From IMG/VR virus record IMGVR_UViG_3300042881_003513, positions 1 through 63,153 of that record: a DNA stretch of 63,153 nt; one strand, 5' to 3'. This DNA comes from a virus (Duplodnaviria; Caudoviricetes). Position numbers and translations under genes: made by a program. The notes beneath the pieces are model-generated. The model was not told the DNA's origin and did no database searches. It worked only from the letters and a program-made list of their open reading frames with translations. Each line of letters opens with the position of its first letter. Position 1 is the first letter of the stretch. Of the stretch, positions 7,840 to 21,300 are shown in pieces.

Positions 7840-9348
7840 ATGGGCGACGAATATCCTTCCTCTCAGCATCGTATTCACTATCCAGGCCGACGCGATCCCG
7901 CACAGGAAGCCGAAGACAAGCGCCTCACAGAGAAGTCCAAGGTGGCGGCGGCGGACGGCGCAGCCCGCAATGAGCGCGCCGCATTTCTCAGGCACATCCA
8001 AGGAATGCCCGGCGATGGACTGTTGTGGAGGGAAGGGGCACCCGATGCGATGACCTACAAGAACAGCGCCGAGATGAGCGGGAACACCAAGATGACGGAC
8101 TGGATCAAGAAATTCAACGAGAAGCACCCGGAGCGCCCATTCAGGCCGGAAGTGTACACGCCGCAGGCAAGACAGGCCGCGCCCGCAGTGGCTCCCGCCG
8201 CGCCGCAGAGCCGCGTGATGCAGAACGCGCCCGCGGTCGGGGTGCAGGCGTCCGCGAGCAACCCGCAGGTGCGAACCGGGGCACCGGTGGATTTTCCGCA
8301 ACAGATCAAAGATCCGGGGACTGGGGCGTTCGGGCAGACAACGAACGCCATCCGTAACTCGGTTCTCAACGTTCCGAAGGCTGGAGCATCCCCGCTCGAC
8401 ACGCTTCGATCCGCGCCGGATGACACGGCGGCGCGGCAGCGTGTGCTGAACCGGGACTTTAGTGGCCCGAAGCCGGATGGTCGTCCCGACGTGGTGTACG
8501 GCTGGGCGGGCTACGGAGGAACCGGGCGGCAACTCGTCTCGGTTCCGAGGGATGAACGCAATGGTCAGGCCCACAGCGATGCGCGCAGAGAGTTCTATCG
8601 GAAGCATGAGCAGGACAGGGCCGATGCCTACGCGGGCACAATGCAGCGCGGACAGAAGCCTTCAGTCGAAGGATTAAGGGCATGGAACAAAGCGAACCCG
8701 TTCAATTCCGACATGTATGAAAGGGACGCGCGGGCGTACGCCGACGCAGCCGTGGCACCGCGCCCGGTGGCTTTCAATGCGCCTCCGACGGCACTGAATC
8801 AGGCTCAAGCCCGTGCGGCTGGAGCGCCGGTGGATGCGTACAACGCGCAGAGGATGCCGGATGGCAGCTTGGGCTACGCTCGTCCCGAAGGCTCACCCAC
8901 ACTCACGACTGGGCGATCCGCGTCCGTCACGATGCCAAACGGCAAAGTGGAGCGCAGGGCATTTTCAGACACGCCGCTCACGGACGCCGTGACCAACGCG
9001 AGCATCGGGCTGGATTCCCTCGGACTTGGTGGTGGCCCTGGGCTCGCGATGACCGCTGGCGCGATGGGTGCCGGGGCGACGAATACCCGAGGGGGCAGCA
9101 TGATCGCGCAAGCGGTAAAGCCGCCCGGGTCAGACACCGCGGACCCGAACAGCGTCGCGTCGCAGGCGAAAGCAGCCACATCATCGGTTGCGAACACCCC
9201 GATGCCGATCACCAGCGCGGTGAAGCAGGCCGCGACAGGAGCCGCGGGCGATCTTACGTTCGCCGGACTGGATCCGAATCTGAGCGAGGACGAAAAAGCC
9301 AAAAAGCGCGGCGAGATGCTCGCGGCGAAATACAAGCCGCAACTTTAA
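7840..9348 (+). CDS. Putative internal virion/ejection protein
   Basis: Ala/Gly/Pro-rich ORF directly before the giant virion protein; function inferred from position. Confidence 0.55.
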   Translation: MGDEYPSSQHRIHYPGRRDPAQEAEDKRLTEKSKVAAADGAARNERAAFLRHIQGMPGDGLLWREGAPDAMTYKNSAEMSGNTKMTDWIKKFNEKHPERPFRPEVYTPQARQAAPAVAPAAPQSRVMQNAPAVGVQASASNPQVRTGAPVDFPQQIKDPGTGAFGQTTNAIRNSVLNVPKAGASPLDTLRSAPDDTAARQRVLNRDFSGPKPDGRPDVVYGWAGYGGTGRQLVSVPRDERNGQAHSDARREFYRKHEQDRADAYAGTMQRGQKPSVEGLRAWNKANPFNSDMYERDARAYADAAVAPRPVAFNAPPTALNQAQARAAGAPVDAYNAQRMPDGSLGYARPEGSPTLTTGRSASVTMPNGKVERRAFSDTPLTDAVTNASIGLDSLGLGGGPGLAMTAGAMGAGATNTRGGSMIAQAVKPPGSDTADPNSVASQAKAATSSVANTPMPITSAVKQAATGAAGDLTFAGLDPNLSEDEKAKKRGEMLAAKYKPQL

Positions 9349-9357
9349 TTCACACAC

Positions 9358-12300
9358 ATGGGATTCGACGCATACGAACAGCTCGCAGTTGATCCGGGGG
9401 CGGTGGGCGATGTCGCCCGATCCATTCTCGAGACACCCTCACAGCCCGGCGAAAGCTACGCCGACACGCAATACCGCAGCGCGCAGCAGGCCGGAGCCAC
9501 CGCGCGCATCCAAGCGATCAAGGGCAAGCAGTGGGCCGCCCGCGGCGTGCCAAGCTACCAGGACATGCAGGGCAACACGAAGCCCGTCATGGACGACACC
9601 GGATCGCCGCTGAGCAAGCTCGATCCGAAGCACAACATCGCCTACGACTCCACCGGCTCGCCGAAGAAGATCGATTTCGACGTGGCTGGCGGATCGCCCG
9701 TGCTGAAAGATCCGTTTGAGGGGCTGGAAACCACCACCGACCCGAAGACGGGGCACCAATACAAGATCGCGCCCGGTCTCCCGTGGCGATGGGTGGGAAC
9801 GGACGCGCAGACCGCGCAGAAGGCGGAATTTGCGCGGCAGGACGCAAACCTTTCCAAAGCCAGCGCCGCGCTCGGCCGCAAGCTCACGCTCACTGAATAC
9901 GACGAGAAATTCCACCGTGACGCCATCAAGGACGTGCGCTCGCAGTTGAAGCAGCTCAGCGTAGCCGACACAAATTCCGTGACCGGCGATCCGCTCGACT
10001 ACGACAGCCTCGTGGCCGGCATCAACAGCCAGTTCGACGACCTGAAGAAGAACGACACGACGGCGAACGCGAAGGAATACTTCGGGATGGGCGGCTACAC
10101 ACCGGAGGCACTGAAGGCGCAGCAGGCACTCGACCTGTCCCGCACCGCCGCACTCCGCGCCGCGGCCAAGGGCCACGCGCACGCGCAGACGCTCGACGGA
10201 ATCCGGCAGCAGGCGGAAGCCGTGCGCGCGCAGCGGATGATGATCGAGCAGACGAAGCTCGATCACGAGACCGAGATTCTGAAAGCGCAGGGGATCGATA
10301 TTTCGCAGCCGCGGCAGCAATACGGCGACACGCCAGAGGATTCCGCGCAGAACGAACAGATCGCGCAGTCCGCCGGAGTGCATCCCGCAACCGCGCAGGC
10401 TTACAAGCAGGCAGTGGCCGGGCAGAAGCCGTATGCCATCGAGGGAGGAAAACCGAAGCCGATCGACGGAAAGTATGAGGAGGGACTGACCGCCGCCGCG
10501 CAGGACGGGCTGATCGCCCCGCCCGCGCCAGAAGTGCTCGAAGCCGCACGCACCGCGGACGCCAAGTATCAGGAACTCATAAAGCAGGCGGGAGGGAATC
10601 AGAAGCTCAAGGCATTCATCGCGAGTGGCGTGAAGTCCTACACCGCGTTGCAGGCGGGCATGGCGGCATCCGCGCTGGTTGCGCCATTCGACCCTGAACT
10701 TGCTGCCGGCGGCGCGGCACTGGGCGGCGTCGGCGCGGTAGTGGTTCCGATGCTGGCTCACGGCGTAGCGTTCCTTGCGGGCATGTTCGGCGCAAACAAG
10801 GCGCTCGACGCACTTAGCGAGAAGGCGGCGGAATACAGCGACGACATGGCGAGCATTCAGGCCGCCATCAAGCTGCAACCCGGCGCAGCGCAGCTTGGCA
10901 ACTTCGCAGGCATGGGGCCAGCGGCGATCAAGTCGGCGATGAATCTCAGCAAGGCCGCAGGCGTGGCGGCGGCGGAAGCAACCGGGGCCGGCGCATCCGG
11001 CGCAAAGGCCGCAGCGGGCTACCTCGGCAAGACCGCCGGCACTGGAGCGGTCGGCGGCGCAATCTTCGAGACGACGATCCGCCCTGGCTTCGATTGGATG
11101 GTAGATCAGATCGGCGGTGCGCTCGGTGGAGAGAAGGAGGGCGTGCAGGCTCCAACGGTTGGATCGGTGCTCGAAATGGCAGGCATCGGCGCGCTCCTTT
11201 CGGGGCTTCACCTAAAAATCAAGGACATTGGAACAGCGGAGGCGACCGACATCGTGAAGCGCGGGATGCAGGCGATGAGAGACGGAAAGTCGCTGGACCA
11301 GGTGTTGAGCCCGTCGGAGAACGATGCGTTCATGAGCATCGGCGAAAAGCTCGCGAAGATGAAGGAGAGCGGCGAGGCGCTGATCAAAGACCCGGAGAGG
11401 TTCAGCATCAACGTGCGCCAAGTGCTCACGGGCGAGGATCGCCCCGCTGGCGATTACGCAAAGGTTGCGCGCGATGCCGAGATTCGCCGCACGCCGCGGC
11501 AGAAGGAGATTCGCGACAAGGATACTTTCGAGTTCCAGAAGGACGGGCAGACCGACTGGGAAGCCATCGGGAATAAGCACGGGATCACCGCGGCGGAAGC
11601 GCAGGCGGAATACGCCCGAGCGACACAGATCGCCGGGCCGGTGCAGGCGCGCACCACGAATATCGAAGGCGTGGAGCCGATGAAGGCTGGACTACCGGAA
11701 CCCGAGGCGCAGCCTCCTGCGTCCGCAACAGCGAAGCCGGTCACGCCGAATCCGAAGCCCGCAGAACCCGGCACGACGAACATCGGGGAAAAACTTGGAA
11801 GCGAACTCGACAAGGTGGAGGTCACGCCGGAGCCGCCAGCGCCCACGGAACCCGCGCCTGCGGCGGTCGCGAAGGTATCACCGGAAATCCCGAGCGACCT
11901 AGATCAGCGCATCGCGCCGGTCATGGAAGATTTCACGCAGCGCCTCGCCGACGCCGACCGCAAGATCGCGATGGCGAAAGGGCAAGGGAACAGCGACGTG
12001 ATCGCCGAAGCGAAGGCGGAGAAGGATGCGATTTTCGAGGACATGAAGCAGCGTCTCGGCACGGACATTCCCGAGCAGGTGCCGCAGATCGTCCGCGACC
12101 GCCTCGAAAGCGGAACGCATGATTGGGAGGACGGGAGGGGGCTGCGGGAGAAAGAAGCCTACCGCTACGTCATTGACCAGCACGAAGGCGAGCAAGGAAT
12201 GGGAGAGCCGTCGTTCTACGTGATCCGAAACTTGGATACCGGAAAGGAATCCGATCCTTACGAGAAACGAGAGGATGCAGAGGCTTTCTTGCGCGCTCAT

Positions 12301-15300
12301 GGAAAAGGCGGAGTTGCGCCGGAAGGGTGGGTTGAACCAGAGAAACCATCGGTGCTTCCAGACGCGAAGCCTCCGCACGAAAAGATCATTGGCGAAAGCC
12401 AGTTTCATTCGGACAGGCGTGAACTTGGAAAGCCGACTACCTTTAAGACATGGGAGGCGTATGATAGTTGGCTGAAAACCAAGTCTGACAAGTTCCTGAC
12501 GGATGCGCTGGGAACCCAGGCGAAAAATCTAATTGATCAGATTAAGCAAGAGGCTTCCGGGATGCGTATTCCGAAGAGCGATCGGTCGAATCTGGAAACC
12601 AGAATCAACATCGGTGCGGTGTTCAAGGAGGCGTTGCGTCGTGGATTGCCGGTACCTGAATCCGAGGGGCTTTCGCAATACACGGGATCAAGACCGGCGC
12701 GAAAGGAAGCGCCTAGACAAAATGCATTACCAGAACCACCCGCACCCAATGAGCCAAAGCTACCCGCAAGCGAACGCAACGACCAAAGCCAACCTGAAGG
12801 CGCAAAGCCCGCAGGTGGAGCAAGCGAAGTGGCGAAAACCGAAGAAGGCAAACCCGGCGGCGAGCCCGCTGGACAGGCTGGCGGTAAGCCCGATGCGGAA
12901 ACGGTAGAGCGGCGGAAGAAGATCGTCGGCACGGTGAACGTCGCCATGCGCGGCCACGCGAAGGAGTTGAGCAATCTCGGCCACATCGCCCGCGCGCACG
13001 AGGCGGAGCTTCCCGAATCGAACAAGAGCGGAATCGCGCTCCACAATGGCAAGATCACCGTGGATGCCGAGAAGCTCGACGCGGCGACGGAGCAAATGAC
13101 GCCAAAGGAGCGCGAGACCTACATCAACGCGGCAATCGGCGAGGAGGTTCTTCATAAAGGATTCATGAACTTCGTCAATGAGTCACCCGCGAACCGCGCG
13201 CGCGCGCTGAAGCTCATCGAGGACGAGCCCGCCGCGGTGGAGTATCTGCAAAAACACTACAAGGGATTCGACGCCCTTGATCCGGAACACAAAGCGGCCG
13301 AGATCGCCCGCGTGATCATGCAAGGCAAGGCCGGAGTGACCACCGAGAGCACTTGGAAATTCATCGAGGACTTGATCGCGCACATCAAGCGCATCCTCGG
13401 CAACATGACCGACGCGACGCGCAAGCTGATCGCGGACATCGAGGCGCGGATGAAGGGCGCGGAGACGGAGAAGGCAGCGAAGAAGCCGAAGGCCGAGAAA
13501 CCCGCAACCCGTCCAGAGCGGCGCGATCTTAATCCTGACGAGCAGCGGAAGGTTGATGCCTTGCGCGCGGAGATCAAAAAGCTGAACCAAGGGCGTCCGG
13601 TCGCTGACGACATGGCGATGAACGACAAAGGCGCATCGCTTGCGCGTCTCGAAAAACAGATCGCAGAGAAGCAGGGTGAGATCGATGGGATTTACGACAA
13701 CGCGCGCAAGGCAGAAACGCCAGAGAAACCAAAGCCCAAGAGCAACAGCGTCGGAGTGAACGAGAGGGGGCAGCAGCTTTACGAGGACGAAAACGGCGTG
13801 CGCTACCGCATCGAGGACGGCGTGAAGATTTCCGCGCCCGTGTATATCGTGCCGACTCGCGCGGGCGTGAAAGCCCAGAAGCAGACACCGGAAGGCGAAT
13901 GGCGCACCGCGGAAGAAGCCGCCGCCGAGAAACCGAAACCCCCGCTCCCGAACTTAGAGTCCCAAAAGCCCGCCGTTCTTGAACCGCACGCCACATTTGC
14001 CGAACGCCGCGCGCTGTCCGAGAAGTGGCTGAATACGCTCTCGCCGGATGCGCTGCTGAAGAAGATGGCGGAATACGGCGTCCCGGCCACGCGCGCACAA
14101 AAGGTGTGGGACAAGGCACGCAACCGGAAGCCCGACGACACCAAGGACTACGCCGAGGACTTCCAGCTCGAAGCCGGAGACGATCTTTCATTCTGGGAGA
14201 AGTCCGCGAAATCCCCGCTCCCGAACCGGGGCAGCGTGCTGCCGGAGAAGAAGGCGGATGCGCCGAAGCTCTCGCCGGGCGCGCAGGCCATCAAGGACAA
14301 GCTGGGTGATCTGTTTTCAGCGGCGGCACCTGAGCCGCGTTACGACGCTCCGATCCCGCGCGAGAAGCGCGATGCACTGAACTCTCTGACGGCTGACCTG
14401 ATTGACAGCCACGGCGTTGACACTCCTGAGAAGCTGGCCGCCGCGCTGACGGAACTCGGCCCGAAGGCGTTGGCGTTCTCGCAAAACATTTGGTTCAAGA
14501 TGAAAAGCGAAGGGGCGCAAGGTTCGGCTGAACCAAACTGGAAATCCATCTACGCGCAGCTTGCGCCCGAACCGAAAACCGATATCGTAACACCAGATGA
14601 GCAACCAGCCACTACCCCCAAACTTGAAAGTCCTGCGGATGATAATGGCGATGGTGGAACAACGCCTGGAGGCGCAGAATCCGGGGCTGGTGGAAAAATT
14701 ACAGGAGGAGGGAAAGTGGAAGGCGCAACTGGCGGAACGGGCGAAGAACCTGTTTCAGACGGAGAGGGCGCTTCTTCAGGAGGGAAGATCAAAGCAGGAA
14801 GCGAGGGAGACAGCGATGAACGAGTGGGCGACATTTCCGCCGGACGCGGAAACCTCCGACTCGAACTCAGCGACGGCATCGGCGAAGGCGGACTGACCCG
14901 GAAGTTTCGCGACAACGTATCCGCGATCAAGACGCTTCGCGCGATCGAAGCGGAACGCCGGGACGCAACGCCAGAGGAACAGAAGACGCTCGCGCGGTAT
15001 GTCGGATGGGGTGGACTTGCTGAAAAGGCATTCCAGCCCGGCGGAGAGTTCTACGACGAGATGCAGGCACTCGGACTGAGCGACGACGAGATGGCGAGCG
15101 CGCGCCGCAGCACGACAAACGCGCACTTCACCGCCCCGGAGATGGTGCAGGGCATTTGGGGCGCGCTCGCCAAGATGGGATTCCAGAGCGGGCGCATCAC
15201 GGAGCCTTCAATGGGCATCGGGAGCTTCTACGGCTTCATGCCGGCGGAGATCGCGCGCTACTCCAGCTTGACCGGCATCGAGATGGACAATCTCACGTCT

Positions 15301-18300
15301 CGGATCGCCAAGGTGCTCTATCCTGAGTCAAAAGTATGGAACCGCCCGTTCGAGAAGCACGTCATGGCGGACAACTCACAGGATGTCATCGTGAGCAATT
15401 TCCCGTTCAGTGACGCCGATCACCCGAACGATCCGCGCTACAACAAGATCAACCCGAACCTGCACGATTATTTCTTCCTGAAATCGCTCGATAAGGTGCG
15501 ACCCGGCGGATTCGTGGTCGCCATCACTTCGATCGGCACGATGGACAAGATGGGATCGGCGGTGCGCGAGGTTCTTTCCGCCAAGGCGAATCTTGTCGCG
15601 GCATTCCGACTGCCGAACACGATGTTCAAGGGAAACGCAGCCACGGAAGTCACGACCGACCTGATCATCCTACAAAAACGGGGCCCCGGCGTTCCAATGG
15701 AGCACAAGGACTGGCTGAACCCTGTCCACATCACCACGAGGACCGGAGACGAGATCCGCATCAACCAGTATTTCCGAGACAACCCCTCAAATATGCTCGG
15801 GATCATGACGAGCGAAGGGAAGATGTATGGCAAGACGACCGCCGGAGAGGATGCGAAGAAAGTCGGAAGCAAGGCGCTTCTCTCGGATGGCCGAACCGTC
15901 GCCCAACTCATCGAGCAGATCAAAAAGACGCTCCCTGAAAACATCTTTGTTCCCGAAGACAAGCAGGCGGCGACCATTCGCAATGCCGACGAACTAGAAT
16001 TTGACCCGAACTCTGAAAAGGACGGATCGTTCGTTCTACATAAGAACGAAGTGAAGGTGTTCCGCGGCGGCGAGGTCGAGCGCCCGAGGAAGGAGATTTC
16101 ACCCACCACGAAGCGGCACACGCTGCTTTCCGGCTACATCGAGAGCGGTCACGTCGAGATTGACGACGACGGCACCGTGAAGCGCACCGGGGCGGCGTGG
16201 CCGGAATCGAAGAACCCGACCGACATCAAGCTGCGCGCCGAAATCGAGGCCGGCGACATCACGGGCGAGCAATACAAGGAGTTCCGCGAGGTCGAAGAAA
16301 AATACGAAGACCCGCTCACCGGATCGGAGCGAACCACCACCGTTGAGAGGCAGTTCAGCACGTATGCCTTCGATGGGGATTTCACCAAGGCGGACTATGA
16401 GCGGATCAAGCAGTTGATCCCGTTGAGAAAGTCGCTGAAGGCGGTTCTCCACGCCCAGGTCACGAATGCGGACGACGCCACGCTTGCGGCGATGCAAAAG
16501 GATCTGAACGTGTTTTATGATACCTACGTGAAGGAGAATGGATTCCTGCACGAAGGGAAGACGCGCGCGGCGTTTCAGGATGATCCGTTCTACCCGGCGC
16601 TGATGGCGCTCGAAGATTACGACGCCACGAACAACGAGACGACCAAGACGGACATTTTCAGCAAGCGGACGCGCCCGCGCAAGGAACCGCTCACCGGACT
16701 GACCGGGACCACTCGCGAGAACATGACAAAGATCATGGCGCAGACCGGCAAGGTGGACGTGGAGCTTCAGGCGAAGCTCTCCATGAGAGATCCCGATGAA
16801 CTCGGGGACGAGATGGTGCGCGAGGGGCTTGTGTTCCGGGATGCCGTCACCGGCAACTACGTCGAGCGCGAGGAGTATCTTTCCGGCAACATCTACGAGA
16901 AGCTGCACGCCGCAGAGGAAGCGGCGAAGTCGGACGAATCATTCCGCAAGAACATCGAGGAACTGACGAAGGCGATCCCTGAACTACGCCCCGTTGAGCG
17001 GATCGGATTCTCCTTGGGTGCTGCGTGGATCGATCCGCACACCTATTCCGAGTTCGTAAAGCACATCTACCGCGACCGGGGGCAGGCTTCGGAGTTCAAA
17101 TACAAGAACGGCAGATGGGAGGTCAATGTGCCCGTGCGCGGAAACGCCGAGGGATTTGGAACCGAAGACGTTTCCACCGAGGAACTGATCTCGCAGTCCA
17201 TGAATCTTTCGTCCCCGACGGTTCGCAAGCGATTCGATGACGGATCATCCGTCGTGCTCGAAAAGGAAACGAAGCTGGCGCGGATGGCTCAAAACCGACT
17301 GAAACAGGAGTTCAAGAACTTCATCCTCGACAACCCGGACATCCACGAGCCGCTGGTGAAGAAATTCAACGAACTGGCGAACGCAATCCGCCCGCGCACG
17401 TACGATGCGCCCTACTCCACGCTGGAGGGGATGAATCCTGAAATCTCGCTTCGGAAGCATCAGCTCGATTTCGTTTGGCGCGCGACCGTGGACGGTAAGG
17501 CGGTGGCGGCGCACGTAGTCGGCGGGGGGAAGACGTTCGCCTTCATCGGCGCGGGCATGGAGTGGAAGCGCATGGGGCTCGCGAGCAAGCCCATGTATAT
17601 CGTGCCGAACCATCTTCTGCGCAGTGGGCAGACCGCATCGGACTTCTACCGGATGTATCCGACCGCGAAGATTCTCACGGTGACGGAACGCGATTTCACG
17701 GCAAAGCGCCGACAGAGGCTCATGGCGCGGATTGCAACGGGGAATTGGGACGCCGTGCTGATCGGTCACAGCCAGATCGGATCGATCCCGGTGTCGCCGG
17801 ATCTCATGGCCGCGCACATCCAGGGCGAGCTTGCGGAACTTGAGGAAGCATTGCGCGCCACGAATGACGAGGTGGATCCAAACTCCAAGCAGGGGAAGAA
17901 GCGCATCAAGGCGCTAGAGGCGTCGCTTGCGGCAAAGCGGAGCAAGATGGAGAAGCTGCTCGATCCGCGGCGCGCGGACAAGGCGCTCTACTTCGAGGAG
18001 CTTGGCGTGGATGCCATCATTATTGACGAGGCCCACGAGTTCAAGAATCTGAACTTCTGGACGAAGCTGAACAACATCGGCGGCCTCGGGAGCGCGAACA
18101 CGGAGACGATCAAGACCGCGCAACTGAAGGTGAAGACCGACTACATCCTTCGGCAGAATAATGGCCGCAACCTACTGTTCGCCACTGGCACGCCGATCAC
18201 CAACACGATCGCCGAGGTCTATCTGCTTCAGAAGTACATCGCGCAGGATCTCCTAGACGCCGCCGGCATCAAATACTTTGACGAGTGGGCGCAGATGTTC

Positions 18301-21300
18301 GCGGACGTGCGCGAGGTTGCGGAAATCTCACCCGACGGGCAGACGTTCCAGAACAAGGCGAAATTCGTCGAGTTCAAGAACATGCAGAGCCTTATCACGA
18401 TGTTCCGACGGTATGTGGACATCCAGCGCCAGGAGCAACTGAACCTTCCGGTCCCGCCCCTCTTTGGCGGCAAGATTCAGAACATCGTGTTCCAGCCGAC
18501 TCAGGTTGTTCAGGACTACATGGCCGAGGTCGTCGAGCGCGCGGAGGCGCTGCGCGGCGGGAAAGTGGATCCGAGGGTGGACAACTGGCTCAAGCTGAAC
18601 ACGGACGCCCGAAAGATCAGCACGGACCCGCGGTTGATTGACGCGAATCTGCCGGACGATCCTGAATACAAATCCTCGCGCATCGCGAAGAACACCTACG
18701 AAATCTGGAAGGCGAACGACTACCGCAAGGGCACGCAGATCGTATTTTGTGACCTGTATTCCAACAAGGTCGAGCGCGCCAGGAAGAATGCCTTCGGGGA
18801 GCCGGAGCGTTACAAGCGCGGACCGAAACGCGGGCAGCCCATCGTCGAGAAAGTTGAACTGTTCAACGTGTTCACCGACATGAAGGACAAGCTGATCCGC
18901 ATGGGCGTGCCGGAGGACCAGATCGCCATCATCCACGATTACGAGAAGGATGAGGACAAGGAGGAACTGAAAAGCAACTTCAACGCCGGCAAGATTCGCG
19001 TGCTTCTCGGCACAACGATGAAGCTCGGCACCGGCATGAATCTTCAGCGGCGGATGGTCGCGGTTCACAGCATGGACGCCAATTATCGCCCTGACCAGAT
19101 GACGCAGCGCGAGGGCCGCGGCATCCGGCAGGGAAACCTTTTCCACGAGGCGACTATCGGCGGCAAGAAGGCGCCGGGACGGATGCCGCAGCAACCGAGC
19201 TACGAACTCAGCAAGGACGGCGCGCTCACGACCGGGCCGGGCGGAAAATTCGGCCCTTTCAACATCATCATCACGCGCAACGCGGTAGAGCGCACGCTGG
19301 ACAGCCGTATCTACCAGACGATCACGACGAAAACGAAGATCGTCGAGGATCTGCTGAACGGAGATTACAAGGGCGACACCGCTTCCGACATCAGCGACGC
19401 CGAACTGCGCGGGCAGGAAATGATTGCCGCGGCGAGCGGGAACCCGCTGGTCATGGAGCGCTTCACGCTCGAAAACGAAGTGCGCGATCTGAAGATCAGT
19501 CAGGAGGACTTTGACAGGCGACAGGCGCGAATCCGAAAGGAAATCCGCGAACTCACAAGCGGCATCGAGGAAAATGATCGCGCCATCCCGCATGTGGACG
19601 CGCTTCGGGATGCCCACCGCGCCGCCGACGCCGACATTGATCGCCGGGTCAAGGAGGGCGAGGAGGCCAAGCAAAAGGAACTTTCGGACAAGCATGTATT
19701 CGACCCGGAGACGCCTTTCGTCGTGACTCGGGACGTGAAGAAAAAGGGAAAGCAAACCGAGCTTGAGCTTGCGAAGGAAAAGATCGGAGAGGGCGAGAAG
19801 GAGGAAGTCCCGATGACGATTCTGGACATGCTCAAGGAGCCGCTGAAGAAGACGAAGAACAACCCGGACGGCGAACTCGAATTGCGCGCCTTCGGATTGA
19901 ATGGGCGACTCACGCGGAAATCCGAGCGCATTGAGGCGGCGCAAAGTCTCACGGGAGAATCACGCCTCCGCCACACGTTCAGTTGGAATTACACCGGGGC
20001 CAGCGCGTCGAAGTTTGAATTTGCGACGCAATACAACGACGAGGCGCCAGAGCTTTACAAATACTCAGGAGATAGCCCGCTGCCGAAGTTCAAGGAGCAG
20101 CGCGATTACCTCATCGAGCGCGCCGCGCATCAGTGGCTTTACGACAACGCGAGGCAGACCGATGTTGAAGTGGGCGGAACTCGCTTCACGACATTGCAGG
20201 AGGCAGTCAAGGCACTTGAGCCAAAGCTGAACGCGCTGAAGAAAGGCGAATCGCTTTCGTTCAAGGAGAACGGCGTGGATGTGAGCGTGAAGGCGGAGGA
20301 AAAGAAATCGCTCACCGAGGACGAGAAGAAGAACGCCGACATGCTCGGTGTTGTTCCGATGCTCTATCACGCCAATTTCCCGGCGCTGAAGGACGTTGGT
20401 GCGCAGGCTTACAATCCGCTCGCTTCAAGTGATGCCAGCCAACTGATTTGGCACATCGCCAATTCCCTGAAGTGGATCCCGTCGTCGGAGCAGATTCAAA
20501 AGAACGTCGCCGATCAGAAGAATCAGTTGAAGATGAAGCAGGACGCAGTTCAGACGGCGTTCCCGGAGGCGGATCAACTGGACGAGAAACAGGCGCGACT
20601 CGCGGAGGTGGTGCGTCTCACATCCGGCGATCCGCACGCGCGAACCGCGGATCCGAATGACGATGACGGGCAGATTGCTGACGACGGAAGCGGCGAAACC
20701 TTCTCCGCCGCCGCGCCGGAACGCCGCGCCACCGACGCCGTGGCAGCAGGCGCGAAGGGGCGCGAGGAGACGAAGGAAGACCGCAAGGCGGCGCAGGCCG
20801 CCACGTTCGCGACGAAGCCCCCGGGTGTCGCGTCGCAGATTTGGGATGCCGTCAAGACCGCTGGCAGCGCGACGAAAAGGTGGTGGGGCGAGATGCCAGC
20901 CTACGACACGATTGACAAGGCGATCGGCCAATGGCTCGGGGCAGGGGACAGCGCACCGCTCAAGGGCACCGACATCGTGATCCCCGGCAGACAGAAGGCC
21001 GCGCACGAATCCCGCAAGCTCGTGGAGACGATCGTGAAGCAATTCCCGAACGTGCTCACACGCCAGGCGATCAGCCGCTACATGGAGGCCGACGGCGACA
21101 AGGCCACGCTGCAAAAGTGGGCGGACAAGTCGAAGCCGGAAATGAAGGCGGTGTATGAGCGCGCGCTGAACCTGAACGCCGCGGAGAAGGCGATGGCGGA
21201 CACGGCCAAGACGTTCTTCAAGGAGAAGGGCGAGGAGGCGCAAAAGCTCGGGCTGCTCGGCAACCTGCTGGAGAACTACGTCACGCACTTTGTCGAGAAG

